Below the pieces are notes generated by a model, which worked only from the letters and a program-made list of their open reading frames with translations, did no database searches and was not told the origin of the DNA. From the NCBI GenBank assembly GCA_965649825.1, contig OZ287703.1, positions 739,722 through 803,721 on the forward strand: DNA of 64,000 bases, written 5' to 3'. Shown here in pieces: positions 48,260 to 61,326 of the stretch. The position numbers and the translations under genes were made by a program. Source of the DNA: Penicillus capitatus (taxonomy: Eukaryota > Plantae > Chlorophyta). How positions within the stretch are numbered: position 1 is the first letter of the stretch; each line of letters opens with the position of its first letter.

Positions 48260-51200
48260 AATGGAGGCGCTTTGGCAAAAGAAACGGTTCATTGTCTGCG
48301 TTTCGATGCAGCTCTCTGCCTCCGTGTCTGAATAGAATACAGTGGTGTTGGGATATGTGTCATCCGTCACCGTCGACGCCACACATTACGAACTTCACCT
48401 TCGCCTATTATTCAACTTATCTGTCTCCGCTGTCTCCTCTGTCTGTCTTACGTTCGAGATTTCCACACAGAGAATGGAACCCCGCCAGAGTACAGAGGGT
48501 ACCAGCGTCGGCGTTCGTCGCGTATCTAACCCGTTTCGCCGCAGACGCTCACCACGCCCCATACAGAACGGTTCGCATAGACTTTCCGTTTTGCGGCCAG
48601 ATGTGGCTCGGTCACTGTTCTTGCTGCAGAAATTCAACCGGCGTCGAGTACCGATACAGAATCACGCTCGCCACCACGGACGTATTCCCAACCAGAGACG
48701 ACGATTCCCGACCTTATCGAACGCCTTCGTTATCAAGATGAAGATTCACTCCATTCAGCACTGTCGCAAATTATCTCTTTGACAAAGAACCCCAACGAGT
48801 GGGACCACAGCATTTGATCGGGCGTCTTCAAATGATGGCGTGTTTTAGAGGAGTCGTCAATGAATTTGTTGCCAACGGCGCGCTGCCGGTGCTCATGCAG
48901 CTGCTGATCAAAGAGAGTTTTGATATACAGACTCGAATCCGTGTGGCGGCTGCCATCTGCAATCTCTCGCATGCCAGACACGCACAGAGAAGGCATAGGT
49001 TCCTTGATGGATGACGCCGAACGAACACGTGTCCTGTGTCGTACAGTTTTTGTTCCTGTGATGCGGTGTCCCTCCTGGTGGATTCTGTGATTGGAGAACA
49101 TCAAGCGTTGACCGGTGCCGCTGCTCTGATGTTCCGTTCGATGCTGATCTCAGGCAACCTCCGATCTCCGATGGCGCTAAAATGAGGATGTGTGGGTCTA
49201 GATACGTTGGTACGATCGATGGTGGCGACCGACGCACCGATGATCTTATTGAGAGGGTTGATGCTCTGTCCGAGTGTGGAAATCAGCGATACCATTGTGG
49301 ATGTTCTCATTCAAATGACAGCTATCAAAGTTGGTATTCTCACTCTTTTCTGGACAATGTACGATGTCACGAGTGGCAGGAAATAAAGGATTACTTGGTT
49401 TCGAACCGAGTCGTTGAGAGTTGCATATATTTTCTTCACGTTCTCGCTCGATCGCATTATCTCACATCAATTCGCAGAATCGAGCAATTCTATGCCAATA
49501 GTGAAGATTCTGGACCTCCAGCTTTTGTTCAGAGATCTATGAGAAAGGCTTTGATCTGGTTTCCCTGCCCTAGTCCTTTTTCTCACACAATATGGAAAGA
49601 GTGATGTTTAGGGCACTCATGCATCCGGAGGGAAGCGATCCTCGACCGAGCACTTCGCTGGAAATGACATCACCAGAGGTTCTGTTCTTCGTTGCCCAGA
49701 GGGAAGGAAAGAACTGGGAAGAGAGGTTAAAGGATTGTGAGGTTATTGGAATAGACGGTATCGAAACGGATTTTACCGAAAGGGAGTGCACGAGGGCGAC
49801 TCTGTTTATGGAGCTGCTGACCTGTTTGGTGGACGACTCTGCCGTTGGATGTAGCCACTTGGCAAGCACACAGGGCTCCCTCGAAGTCTTGGCCTATTGG
49901 ATACGTAAAGGCAGCTCTCTGATGAAGTGAGCGCAGCAATGTACGGAGACATCTCAACAGTGAAAGATGGGCTTCTCTAGACAGGGAGGCCTTCTGACGA
50001 CGTGCTTTCTGCTGCGAAATGGTCATCGAGCATTTGTGACATTGAAAGATGTCGTTGAAGCTGTTATGTCTGTGTTGGGAGAGCCAGAGCACAGTAACTC
50101 GGGTAAGATGGAGCACGGAATAATGGACACAGTCTTAGGAATGTGTGATCTCACAGGTGTGACATTTACAAAGTATAAGTGTGTGGCGGCGGAAGCGGTG
50201 AATGATCTGAGCGTCTTCGGAGGCGATAACGTCCGGAACGCCATCTGTGCGGCAGGTTCTTCCCCTTAGCGTAGGACGGTGTCTCTGAGAGCGCGAGCCC
50301 TGCTTTAGGAATTCTGAGGCCGCTGTTGTCACTGTTGGAGCTCGATAGCTATCAGCTTCAGCATTTGACCCTCAGAGCACTGCACAATGTTTGCACGCAT
50401 CCCATTGCCTTGGGCCAGATTGTCGACTGCGGTGCCATTCCTTTCCTCTGTCATTTCTTCAACAATGGACTCAAGGAAGCCCAACGCCATGCTGGCAACA
50501 ACTGCATTCGATCGATTTCGAAAGTCGCCCGTGGATGTCTATCTCGAAAAAGAGGTCCGCATCGATGCGCCGATCCAAGCAGCTGGTTCAACGGTTGTTT
50601 CTCAGTGGCCACAGTGTCCATGACGCAGGCAGAGATTGAACATACGCAGAGGCAGGAAGAGGATTACAGTCGGATTCGTCGATTGGAGTACTGTGCCGCT
50701 CTGTTGCGTTGCATTGCTGCTGTCCAGTCTGAAGAATGGCTCCATGATTTTAATAGATCTCGAATTGTCCCCATCACGCTCGATGCCTTCTCTCAGGTCT
50801 CGTTTACCGACGGAGTCTGTTTCGTATGGGGATAGCTGTTACTGTGTACTGCAGAACTATAGTGTGGTACTGAGACGACAGGCGTTGGGTATACTTGCCA
50901 GCATTGTGACATTGCGAGATTCGAACGTCTCGACCAGCATCTGTCTCGAAGGTACCCACCCTCTCTCGACCGTCCTCAAACGTCACATCAATGGGTCGCT
51001 TCGCTGCACAGGAGGATGCGATTTGCTGTTGACGCATAAGATCCATGCTGAAAAGTCAGGAGATGCTGAGTCCCCATTCTGGCGGGCATGGCTGAATTTT
51101 GTTCTTTATTACTTAGCCCAGAGCAGCAAGACGCGTAGGTTTGTGGAAAACGCCATGCGGCAGCAATACGGGGAGGGTATGGATCTGAGAGGCACGCTCA

Positions 51201-51265
51201 TTCTTGAGAGTCTAAAACCGGAACAGAATGATCTGCAGCTGGAATGGATTGCCAGCATTACTTGA
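48260..51265 (+). CDS. armadillo-repeat protein (many short exons; 5' end uncertain)
   Basis: ARM-like segments FVANGALPVLMQLLIKESFDIQTRIRVAAAICNLS and QHLTLRALHNVCTHPIALGQIVDCGAIPFLCHFF, plus further helical exons. Confidence 0.6.
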
Positions 51266-51362
51266 ATCTTTATAGCCCGAGCAGTGACTGACGCACTCCT
51301 CACTGTCTGGTCGATCACGTTTGACGATTGTATAGTTGTCCTTTAAAGGAGGAGGACGGGGA

Positions 51363-53477
51363 TCACAAAGACAGCTCATGTAGTCTTTTGTATGAAAAAG
51401 TACGACGCTTGATTTCATTGACTCGATGTAAACGAGATGCGGAACGGAGGGACGCATCCGAGAACGGATTCTGATCCCCAAGTGTACCGTGATTTGCTGT
51501 ACGCTGCACCAGACGCACACAGACGCATCCGATCAGCACCAATCCGAGACCTGCCATCGCAACGGGTGGATCCAGATGCCAGGCGTCACGACGACGATAG
51601 CGATCGCGTTGCTGCAGCCAAGTGGGCTGGACAGTGAGATAGGCAGCACCTGTCGGCCAAGAAACGGAGTCCGAGGCGATGTGGACGGTATCGGCGATTC
51701 GATATCCGGCAATGGACTGGAGCAGATGCAAGACGTAGACAGATCTGTATGGAAGGCAGGAGAGGTGAGTGGAGAGCGTGATGGAAGGCCGCACCTGAAA
51801 CAGAATTTCTCAAACTGGACGACGTCTTTGTAGTCTTGTTGGATGCTGTCCCAGGAACGACGACAGTATGTCTGACCTGCATGCTCGAGATCGGTCAAAG
51901 GGGCAATGCTGGTCAGATGAAAGAAGCTCCACACAACGTGGAATCCATTCAATCCCACAAAACGCAGATCTTTGAGATCGGCGGCGCCGCCGAAGCAGGG
52001 AGACGTTGCACAGGAGGATGAGACGGCGATCACCTGAATCGACCAATGATCATGCCGAACCACCTGCGCGGCGCGTTTTACCTTTTGCACAAGGTTTTCG
52101 CATTGGGTCCAGGATGGTGCACCGATCAGCTCTGCATGGATGGCAGGGAATGAGGTATCGACGCCCGGAAAATCTTTAGGCGGACGAACAATCACGGTGG
52201 CATTGTATCCATCAAACATGCAGGGATGGTGTAGAGATATCAGCGAGGAGCTGCCTGTTTGGTTCGCTTCTCGAGCCAGCAGCCACACCGAACGATCAAA
52301 GGCGCTGTTGAGCCCGAGATGATCAAACGTCTTCGACTGCAGCCAGTAGCGGTCACCTGCACGTCACCTATCATAACCGTCACTGGACGCCGGTGCGAAT
52401 CTCACCAGCAATCTCGAGCTCTTCCGATGTCTTCTGCAGCGAAGGGAATGTCACTTCCAACGATGACCCGCCCAGATCCAATGCGCCAATTCTCTGGCCT
52501 GCAATGCACACTTCAATGCAGCCGTCCCGAAAAAAGAGACATCCGCGACGACTTGTGTCGTTTTGCTTAGCAACCCGATGTACTGTCTGATTGCCCGATG
52601 CGCCGCCTGCGGATGTGATGGGGATCTGTTTGTTGAGAGATGGCGAAGGGAGTTCTTTCCTCGACAGCGCGATCGTTTTCGTAGAGGTGGGAACGGAGAC
52701 ATTGAATGTGCCCAGTTGATGATTGAGGGCAACCCAACCAAAAATTCCTTCCCGATGACCCGACATGATCTCGATACCATCTGCGCCAAAACTGAGCGTA
52801 TCTCACACGATAGACCATCCCATCGCCCAGTGATCTTACTCGAATCCAGAATGCAGCAACGTTTCGCTCAAGACACCGAGCAGTTCTGTCTGTTGTGCAT
52901 CGGTCAGTCCTGTCACATCTCGTTTTCCACAGGAAGGCCATGCTTCGGTGTTACCTCTCACTCCAGCCGTTGCCAACAGATGCAGCGGCGTCTGACTCTG
53001 CTTTCTCGGAGGAATGACCGCATATGCCCATTTGAGTAGTGGTCCGATGGCTTTGCGGTCCACCGCGGCGTACAACCTACATCTGTCACATCATGGATGG
53101 ATGACAGAGACCAGACACGACGCTGAAATGTTATGCTGCTCTCCAAGAGCGTCTTGCGCAATGGACTGCAATCCTGGCAGCGTCTCCACTCGATGGTAGG
53201 CTCGGATGCCGGGACGATAAGGCACCATATGGGGCGCCGCTTCAGGCGGAATCCACGTCAGATACAGATACGGATTCGTGGGATCGTAGGCATAGACATA
53301 ACTAGAAAGGCCACGTCATAGAAGGAAGGGCACACAAAAGTGAGATGGGAAGGTCTACATGCGTGTTCCGGTGCTCCCTGCGTCAATAACGGCAACAAAC
53401 TGTCGGGTATGGTCAACACCGACCCCGTTCGCCGAGCGATATCCAAAGCAGACGAACAGCAGGACCATCAGCGACAT
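51363..53477 (-). CDS. GDA1/CD39-family apyrase with N- and C-terminal hydrophobic segments
   Basis: ACR1 VIDAGSTGTR, ACR2 ATAGVR, ACR3 EGIFGWVALN, ACR4 ALDLGGSSLEV, ACR5-like SWPTGAA, then a TM segment AGLGLVLIGCVCV. Confidence 0.9.
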
Positions 53478-54090
53478 CGTCGTCAGAACGCCGGGCCAGT
53501 GGCGTATCTAAACACCTCTTGCCCGTCGTCGTGCATCTCCTTTCGTGTCTTACGCATTTTTCCGTGAGTTTTGCCATCTGCGTCGTCGCCCTGCGCATGG
53601 CGTTTCGTGTGTTGGTCGTCTTCTTCATCTCTCAGCTGAATAGTCCGACAAATGGACGGTTGCATTTTCAACAACCTCTGCCACTGCTGGACTGCACTAC
53701 TGTCCGTGCAGGCACGTATTTTACAGTTCTGTTTTTGCACGACAGCACAGGTGGGTGTCTCAGCGTTTTCTTTCATCTGGTTGGTCGGTCGCGACCCAAT
53801 CTCCCGCGCGCTTTAAGCCAGGCCCCTTTCCCCCCGGATAACCATAGCTACGCCTTCGTGTCCGTAGCGACGCGTGAATAGCTGAAAATGACGCCTTGTG
53901 TTTTGTGGCGACTGGTCCTGAGTTTTGCATTCGTCTTTACCGTCACTCCTGTTCACTCTTTTTCCATCGGCAGACGCGGTGGGTCCCCTTTCTGTTTGCT
54001 CTCTACCGACTCGACCGTCTTTTGTCATCCGTAGTCCTGTTCGCCCCTACACAATGCATCGTGCTGCAAAGCGCCTGCAGCAAATATAGG

Positions 54091-54578
54091 ATGAGCGTTG
54101 CCATGGCTTACAAGATTAGAAGCGGCGAATTGCGAAGTCGTGGATGGATCAATCTCGAGACCGGTGCCGCAGTCGAGGTACGCAAGGCAGCCTTGAGAGA
54201 ACGCCTGTGAATGCCATGTCTGTGCAGGTCTGCATCAGTCGAGTGAGTTCCGATCTGTGGATTCTTGCCAGCAAGCCCGCCGATGATTTTGGATGTATCA
54301 TTCATCCAATTGCCCAAAAGTACTCCGCCTCGAAGAAGACGTTCTGCATCGACACGGACAACGCCTTCAACTACGTACGGTATTCGAAGTACTGGATGAA
54401 GAGGTTTGGCAACGGCGGCGGCGGCGGCGCTGGATTGCCAAAAGGCACGGAATTGCTCAAAGGCATCGGATTGCCCAAGGGTGTTGAATTGCCCAATCCC
54501 GAATGTAACAGCCAATCCACATGCCACGGGTGCGATGCACGATGTCATTGTTGCCGTGTGAAGCTGCGTGTGTTTTAG
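54091..54578 (+). CDS. small hypothetical protein (2 exons) with GLPKG repeats and a Cys-rich end
   Basis: ATG 54091, GTACGC...CAG intron, then exon ...GLPKGTELLKGIGLPKGVELP...C..C...C.CC. Confidence 0.4.
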
Positions 54579-57500
54579 AGAGTACAATTTCGAGAAGTTT
54601 ACCGTGCCGAATGGGTTCCCCAGGCAGACGGTGCTCTTGAGATGTCCATAGCTAACTAAATAACACACGGCGCGCGTATTTCTTCATCAGATATTTATCT
54701 TATTATTTAAGGTGTTCCGCACGTGATCCTGCTGTTAAGACTACCCTTCTTTCGAATTGAGAGTCGTTCTTAAAAGAGAGGTCGTGATAATTCCCAAAAC
54801 GGTTGCCTCTCGGGGCTGATTCAATAAGAATGGCTGGAATAAGAAAGATGCGGAGAGGTATCTATGTACTCGGGAGTTGTGGAGTAAAGACAGCTGACAC
54901 GATAGTGGCAGCGTACGATGCCATGTATGAACTGTGTAAGGCCAGGCACTGTGTTACTGATTTACAAGCACGAACTCGACGATGATCGTTGCTGGGACAT
55001 CGGTGCAGCTCTATGGAGTGTTCATTTCTGTTTTGGGTCAACGAGGCAAAACGAGGCTTGTAGTGCTTGGGTGTACTTTGTGCAGTTTGCCTCGGTGGCA
55101 CAAGACGGACACGTCTGAGGACGACCATCGATTGAGAAGACGATCCGACTGAGACGGCATATGCTGTTGGAGGTCGAGAATTGTCGCTGTTGTCAGGGGA
55201 GGTCGGTCGCTAGGCCGTGAGTAGTGAAGGAATATTTTGGATACAGCTCGAAATCGCGCTGGAGACTGGTTTGGCGGTCGAACCTTTTGCAACTTTGGGT
55301 TTCGTGACTGTCGACTGCGGGCAATGCGTGCACGTTTACTCAACGTTGCTCTGTACAGCATCATCGATGCCGATCGCCCGACATTCTAACAGCGAGTCTC
55401 TTCGTGGCGAAGAAGCCATTTGCCGAGTTTGTCGTCGAGGCATGTGCTGTATGCCTCGCTTTAGTCCGAAAGTCCAGTGCGAAGTTCATCTGAATTTCTT
55501 ACAAGGTCAAGGCGCCGCAGACGCATGGCAGTTTATCCGTAAGGAGACGTGACCGGACCTCGCCAGCAAAGCAATGCATTCGACAATCCAAAGAACAACA
55601 GAAAGGCTAAGCATAAGGTATTCGGCTCAGAGATGTCGAAAACGACTTTCACTTAAACGGTGCATCGTGACTCGGGGTCCAGTAGGAGGAAAGCTAGCGA
55701 TCGTGGAAGAGGTCTCGAGAAAGCTAGTGGCTGACGGGGACAATAGTGAAGCGTGTCTCGAGTGCTGCGTTGATGGCACGCAGAGAATCTGAATCGAAAT
55801 CAAGCAGGAAGTTCATGCTTGTGGTGCCTCCCCTGGAGCAGAACGCGCTGCCGGCACCTTCAACGCCAAGAGCGATCGCATTGACGACCAAACACGGGGG
55901 CAGAGTCGCGCTCGGGCGCTCTGATCTCTGCGACAGTCGCTCTTCTGAATGCCGCCGCAATCCGTAATCTCTCTTTTCGACAGGACTACGGAACAGTCAA
56001 GAGAAGAAGCGCGTCCTCGACAAGACACACAAATGCACTCCTTCCCCAGTCCTCTCCTAACCCTTCAAACACGTGGAGTGATACTGAAGTCGATGCTTGA
56101 CTATAAGAAGGTATCTGCCTCGACCGCGACAGAAAGACGCTGCCATTCATGAAAAGATAGATGGCAGCAGTTTGGAAAATCTCCCAGTTCGGTGAGAGGA
56201 AGAACAGAGAACGGATATGCGAGCATCATGAAAGCTTTCCTTATAGCAGGAACGAGGTCGCCGCTGTCAAGTCGCTAATACGTCTGTTGAAACTGCTGGT
56301 GGAGCTCCCCTGGCAAAAATCTTTTACGGCTTTCCGCGGTTACCCTATCGCTTCAAAAATCTTCGCGTCGGCACCTAAATCAGGAAGTCCAAAGTAAACG
56401 GGACACGTCGGTGCCGCTTCGCGACGACGGTCATTCGATCGTTAGCGTGCACATTCAGTCCGCCTACGACGCGGCACTGCTTCGCAGAACAATGTCCTCT
56501 AACTTTTCGTACTGAATGAACCTTCAGCTGTCGGGAAGCTGCGGTTATGTTATCAGTTTAGACGCTGCACTCTTTTGCTCGGATTTTTTGAGTTACAGGG
56601 ACTTGCTGCCAACAATGCGTTAACACGTAGCCAGGAAGGCCAACGGTGTATGTCCTTGGACAAAACGAAAAGAATGCCAATGTTATGTACGTTCAGAATT
56701 TGCAGTCGAGATATCAGCATCGAAGAGAATTCTCGGAAACTCCTCGATAAGATTCCAGTGTTGCGATTGAAACCTGTCTACTATGCTCGGGAGGATCAGA
56801 CAGGACTGACATTATACAATGCGACACCCGTGTTTGGGTGAGATGTCTGGCCATCCTACAGGTATGTTTGGCAAACACATTGCAGCCGCGTGAGCAGCAA
56901 ACGAAAGGAATAGGAGTGGAACGGTAACAAACGTCTCAATTCTCTCTGTATTAACAGCATCAATCGTTGCACCTTTAAAGGAAACAAATACACAGCATGC
57001 AGGCAAAGAGTAAGCCGCCTGCGTTTGACGCGGGATGAGATGTGAATGCTGCGAGGGAGAGAGATGCATCTTCACCTGGTCTTTCGTGCAGGCATCCACT
57101 CGATCAAGCTACTCTGCAACCTCCAGCCACATTGGCGTGTGTGACAGCGACAGGCAGTCAGACCTTGGAGATGATCATATCGATCGAGTCTTTCTCGTCG
57201 AGACCTTTCATACCTTCGCTTAAGCGAAAAGACGTGTCTCGTGGAAAAGGATCGATCGCACATCATCGTCTCACTTGGTCACACAATCACGTGCGCGAGC
57301 TGTGAACTCCCAAAGACAAGAGAGATAACATCAGCAAGGCGTTCTAAGCAGACAAACCAAGTCGCCAATAGTCTCTCCGACCATAAAGGTTATGATATCG
57401 CGATATCGAATGAAGACGACGGTAGATGGAGGAAGACAAAATCTTCAAATCTGCGTTCTTTTACATATTATGCGCCTCATAAGTTCCTTTTTCTACTGGG

Positions 57501-57839
57501 CGCTTCACATCGTTGTTTCGGATATAAAGGCGTGCGATGCAGTGACCGCAACAGAAATCGAAGGTACCGCCTTCTTTTAGAGATCCATTCTGTCATGATT
57601 GGACAGTAGTTGGAAAGATAGAAATACACTGACAGGCTGTTTCAAAATAGATACGATCAAACGAAAAGCAAGTAACAGAATGTGGTAAAAATGCAGGCAA
57701 TAATGGAGCAGGATAACATTACTGTTGTTTTCGAAAGACAAGAATACACAAGGATTCGCTTTTAGTCGACGCTCAACCTGATAGACGTCATACATCGAAG
57801 ATGTCTACGCTGACGTCCATTGTTAATGAAGACGTTCAA

Positions 57840-59164
57840 TCAACACATTTTTTCCTTTGAGCCAACCTTCTCTGGTAACTCTTCTTGGGGCAAATCAAAT
57901 ACTGGAAACTCTTCTTCGGGCGCTTCAGTTTCGAAGATATCCAGCGGCTCATCACAAATTATCGTCCATGGGCCGTATTCAGACGACTGGAAAATCTTGA
58001 TAGTGTCATGAAATACTTTATAAATTTCCCAACCTTCTCTTTCAGACGTTCTGCGGATATTCTGTTTGGTGATGTACTTCACGTCGACTTCTCTATCCTC
58101 GATTTCGTCCACAAGACTTTCTCTTTTGTCTTCGACCCACTTCTCTGTATCATCAGACACAGCAGCCTTTTTAAAGCCAGTTCCAGCCGCAAGAAACATT
58201 AATGCTGTTCCCAAAATAATAGGCGGGCCTGCAACTGTAAGAAATGCAGTTGCTGCAGGTATGGCTGTAACAACAGCGCCCCCCATTGTGGTAAACATTG
58301 CTGCAATTTGACAAGTGTCGGATCCCGCAGTGAAATTTTTCACTAGGGTTGGATTAGCTGGTTCATAATGCCCATGTCCGGTTGCAAGTTTCGTTATTTT
58401 TGGAACCTTCATCTTCCTGGTCTCACGCCGTGTTATGCGACTTAGTTCCTTCTGAATCTCTTCGGTTTTCCTCTGCGTGGATTTTTTTCTTTCTTCCTGA
58501 CATCCATGAAATAGCGGGCTCGAGAAGTCTAGCTGCTTCCTGGAGGGCACTAATGTTTTGTAGTAGTAGTCAGTATCGTCGAGACGTTATTTTCGTAAGT
58601 CTGGCGACTTTTCCCGTCGTCATCGTCTGAGGGAAAGAAGGTTTTTAGGGCGAAAAGTCCGCGCGGTCTCCTCCCGCATTCTTCAGCTAATTCAACTCCG
58701 AAGTCATTGAGTTTGCGTACGTTTTCCGTTCTGTATGCCACGACAATTTCTGGAAAAACTGCATTCATTTTCTCGAACAAGTCCTTCTCCATACCGGACA
58801 GCGTTTGCAGTATGACTAGCGGCGGATAGAAATCTGCCTTCTTCGTGTCTGCGAGAAACTGCATCAGCGTCTCTTCGGGTGTGTCCGTTTGACTGCTGCA
58901 GTCGAAGCCGACTGTATCCACCATTTCGATGTCTCTGTCGTGAAGACGCATGGGATATCTCTGCGTCTTCTTAGTCTGCGAGCTTGCTTTTTCAGAAACT
59001 ATGTCTGGAAGACTGCTGCCGCAGAGCTCGAGGTTGGCGGTGGAAATGAACTCGCCTTTCCCAATTCGCGTTCTCCCGACCACAAGAAGCACAGCACGGT
59101 CTGAAGAATCCGTCTCAGAATTCATTTTAGTCGAACGCGAAAGTTTCAACGAAGGACGACGCAT
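57840..59164 (-). CDS. intronless AIG1/Toc34-like GTPase-fold protein with a coiled coil and hydrophobic hairpin, split by a frameshift
   Basis: G1-like VLLVVGRTRIGKG, G2-like SQT and G3 DTVG. Frame break at the (ACT)4 run near 58560-58575. Downstream frame has a K/E-rich helix and a 40-aa Gly/Ala hydrophobic stretch. Confidence 0.65.
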
Positions 59165-59926
59165 CTTTTACTACGCGAAAAAGCGAAGCGAAAAGGACTC
59201 AGAAACACAAAAGAAGGGCACTCTGAAAACTGTTCGTCTCGCTGTTCGACGCGACTTTATATGTTGAAAACGAATTGGTCGAGAAACTTCGCGTAGATGA
59301 TTCTGAAATCTTAGACACGTGTGTTTTCATCTGGAAGGGGTGCGTTTGTGCACCGTCAGAATCCTATCACCTTTTCAGGAACAACGCCCTCCGTATTGTT
59401 CGCCGAGAAATGGCACACCAGTTAGACAGATAGGCTTAGGGATCCGTTTTTCGACTCGGGAAAGTGTCTGCACACGCGGCACGCGCACGCTGAAAGTCGT
59501 ACGAATGGAGTGATGTCACAGGTCTTGGGCGATACCTTTCAGCAGACACGAGTTTCGCAGAACTAGATGTTTAAATATGTGTCTCATGGCGGTTTAGGTT
59601 TCTACCACTTGTCATAAAATTTTTCGGTTCCGCTAGCATAGACGCGTGCATGTCTTGCTGCCTACTGTGCACTAATGATTGTTGTTTCTTAAGTATCGTC
59701 GATGAAAACGGTCGTATTACAAGGAACGTTGTTCGAGAGTCAAAGACAAAAGATCTTCTCTAGGATCAGACACGCGTCTCCATTTAAAGTCATGATGTGA
59801 CCCTGTCTCCCTCGGTCGACATACGCCTTCTACAATGATCATGAGATAAACGTACAGACTATCCGCAAGAGCGACACACGTCTCTTGACGCGACGAGCTC
59901 CTCAAAAGACACCAAGCGGCTCGAGT

Positions 59927-60298
59927 CTACATCAAGTTCTCACGGTTAGTGTCGCCGTGCGGTGAAACGGGTTCTTCTCTTGCGTACGGCTGCGTCTCGT
60001 TGTCGTATGGTGACGCGCCTTGCTCACCCTCTGCTTCTAGACGTTCCTCGGAAGGACCGGGGGGCATTGCTTCTTCAAGGATGACGGGGATGTCGGCACC
60101 GCGGTCTTCAGAGCTCCTCCGGGTGTCGTAGAGACCCACGTTGTGAACAATCCGTTCAGCACCCCGGTGTAGGAGTTCCGAACGTTCGCCTCGTCGGAAA
60201 CGATTGAGGCTCTCTTGAAATGTGGGGTATAAAGGCGCGTAAGGCACGAAAGCACGCGAGATGTTTTGCTCCGCGTCGTCGTCTGCCAGACTGGCCAC
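59927..60298 (-). CDS. probable last exon of an unidentified gene
   Basis: 123-codon open frame with protein-like acidic/Pro-rich composition. Upstream exons not resolved. Confidence 0.35.
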   Translation of the reverse strand: MASLADDDAEQNISRAFVPYAPLYPTFQESLNRFRRGERSELLHRGAERIVHNVGLYDTRRSSEDRGADIPVILEEAMPPGPSEERLEAEGEQGASPYDNETQPYAREEPVSPHGDTNRENLM

Positions 60299-61326
60299 AA
60301 GCGTTTCAATCGAACGTCTTAAAGGAACAACAGAAAGACGAAACTCAAGCCGTCCTCCACCTCTTATCCGGTTCGGTTGATGTGACTTTCCTAGGCAGGT
60401 GAATCATCCTAGCGCCAGAACCAAAGAAACGCGCCTCAGATGACTCAACCAGCGTCCCCCCACCGCATGGACTCCACGAAAACAAGACAGTAGTCCCATC
60501 GCCGGGCGACAGTTAGAACACGGAAGAGCTTCATTCAACGCAATGACGGCAGTCGTTTACTATATACGTGCAAGTGTTGGATCACAAGGTCCCCTTGCCT
60601 GATGTCATTCCCTTCCCAGATTCAACTAAACTATTGATTTAGCTCGAACGACCATCACTCAAATCTACCGTCCTTTTCCACTTCAATGGAGTTACGAAAA
60701 GGCCTTCCGACGGAGCGGCATCACAATTTGCGCATCTCTGCCTCATTGCCAACGGAGTAGCTATCGGTCAACGGCGAAATGTCTCGACAACGACGCTATT
60801 CTTCTCGCGTGTCATTTTTTGCAGGGAATGAGAAGCGATCATGCTGAAGAGAAACATCTTCGATCTTTTCTCAATAACATTCGATCTACTTTTGCCTTTT
60901 CGTTTCTATACGAGCACTCGCGTTCCTATTCCGTGTCGACAGATCAGGCGTCCGACCGCTCGATTATTCTCGGTTTTTGCGTTTTGTATGGCGCCATTCT
61001 TCACGGCACTCGTAGCGATAATAGCTCCCTCTCTCCATAATCCTACCTCGAAGCTTTATCGTCGATTCTGCCGACGTCATCACTGGCTTGTCCCCCTTGA
61101 CCCATCGACCGTATTGTCTACTAGCACATTTTCGCCCGTCCCATCCGTCGTTTCACATGTCTGTCTATTCAGGAGAATAAACTGCCCCAAACAAGGGATG
61201 GTGCATGAACTAACAGTCTGCCGCGATTTCTGGCGTCCGTCTCTGTCCGTTCACGATTGCAGAGGAGTACACATTTAACGACGCCATTATTTCACTTTGC
61301 ACAACGGGTACTTGTAAATCGGCATT

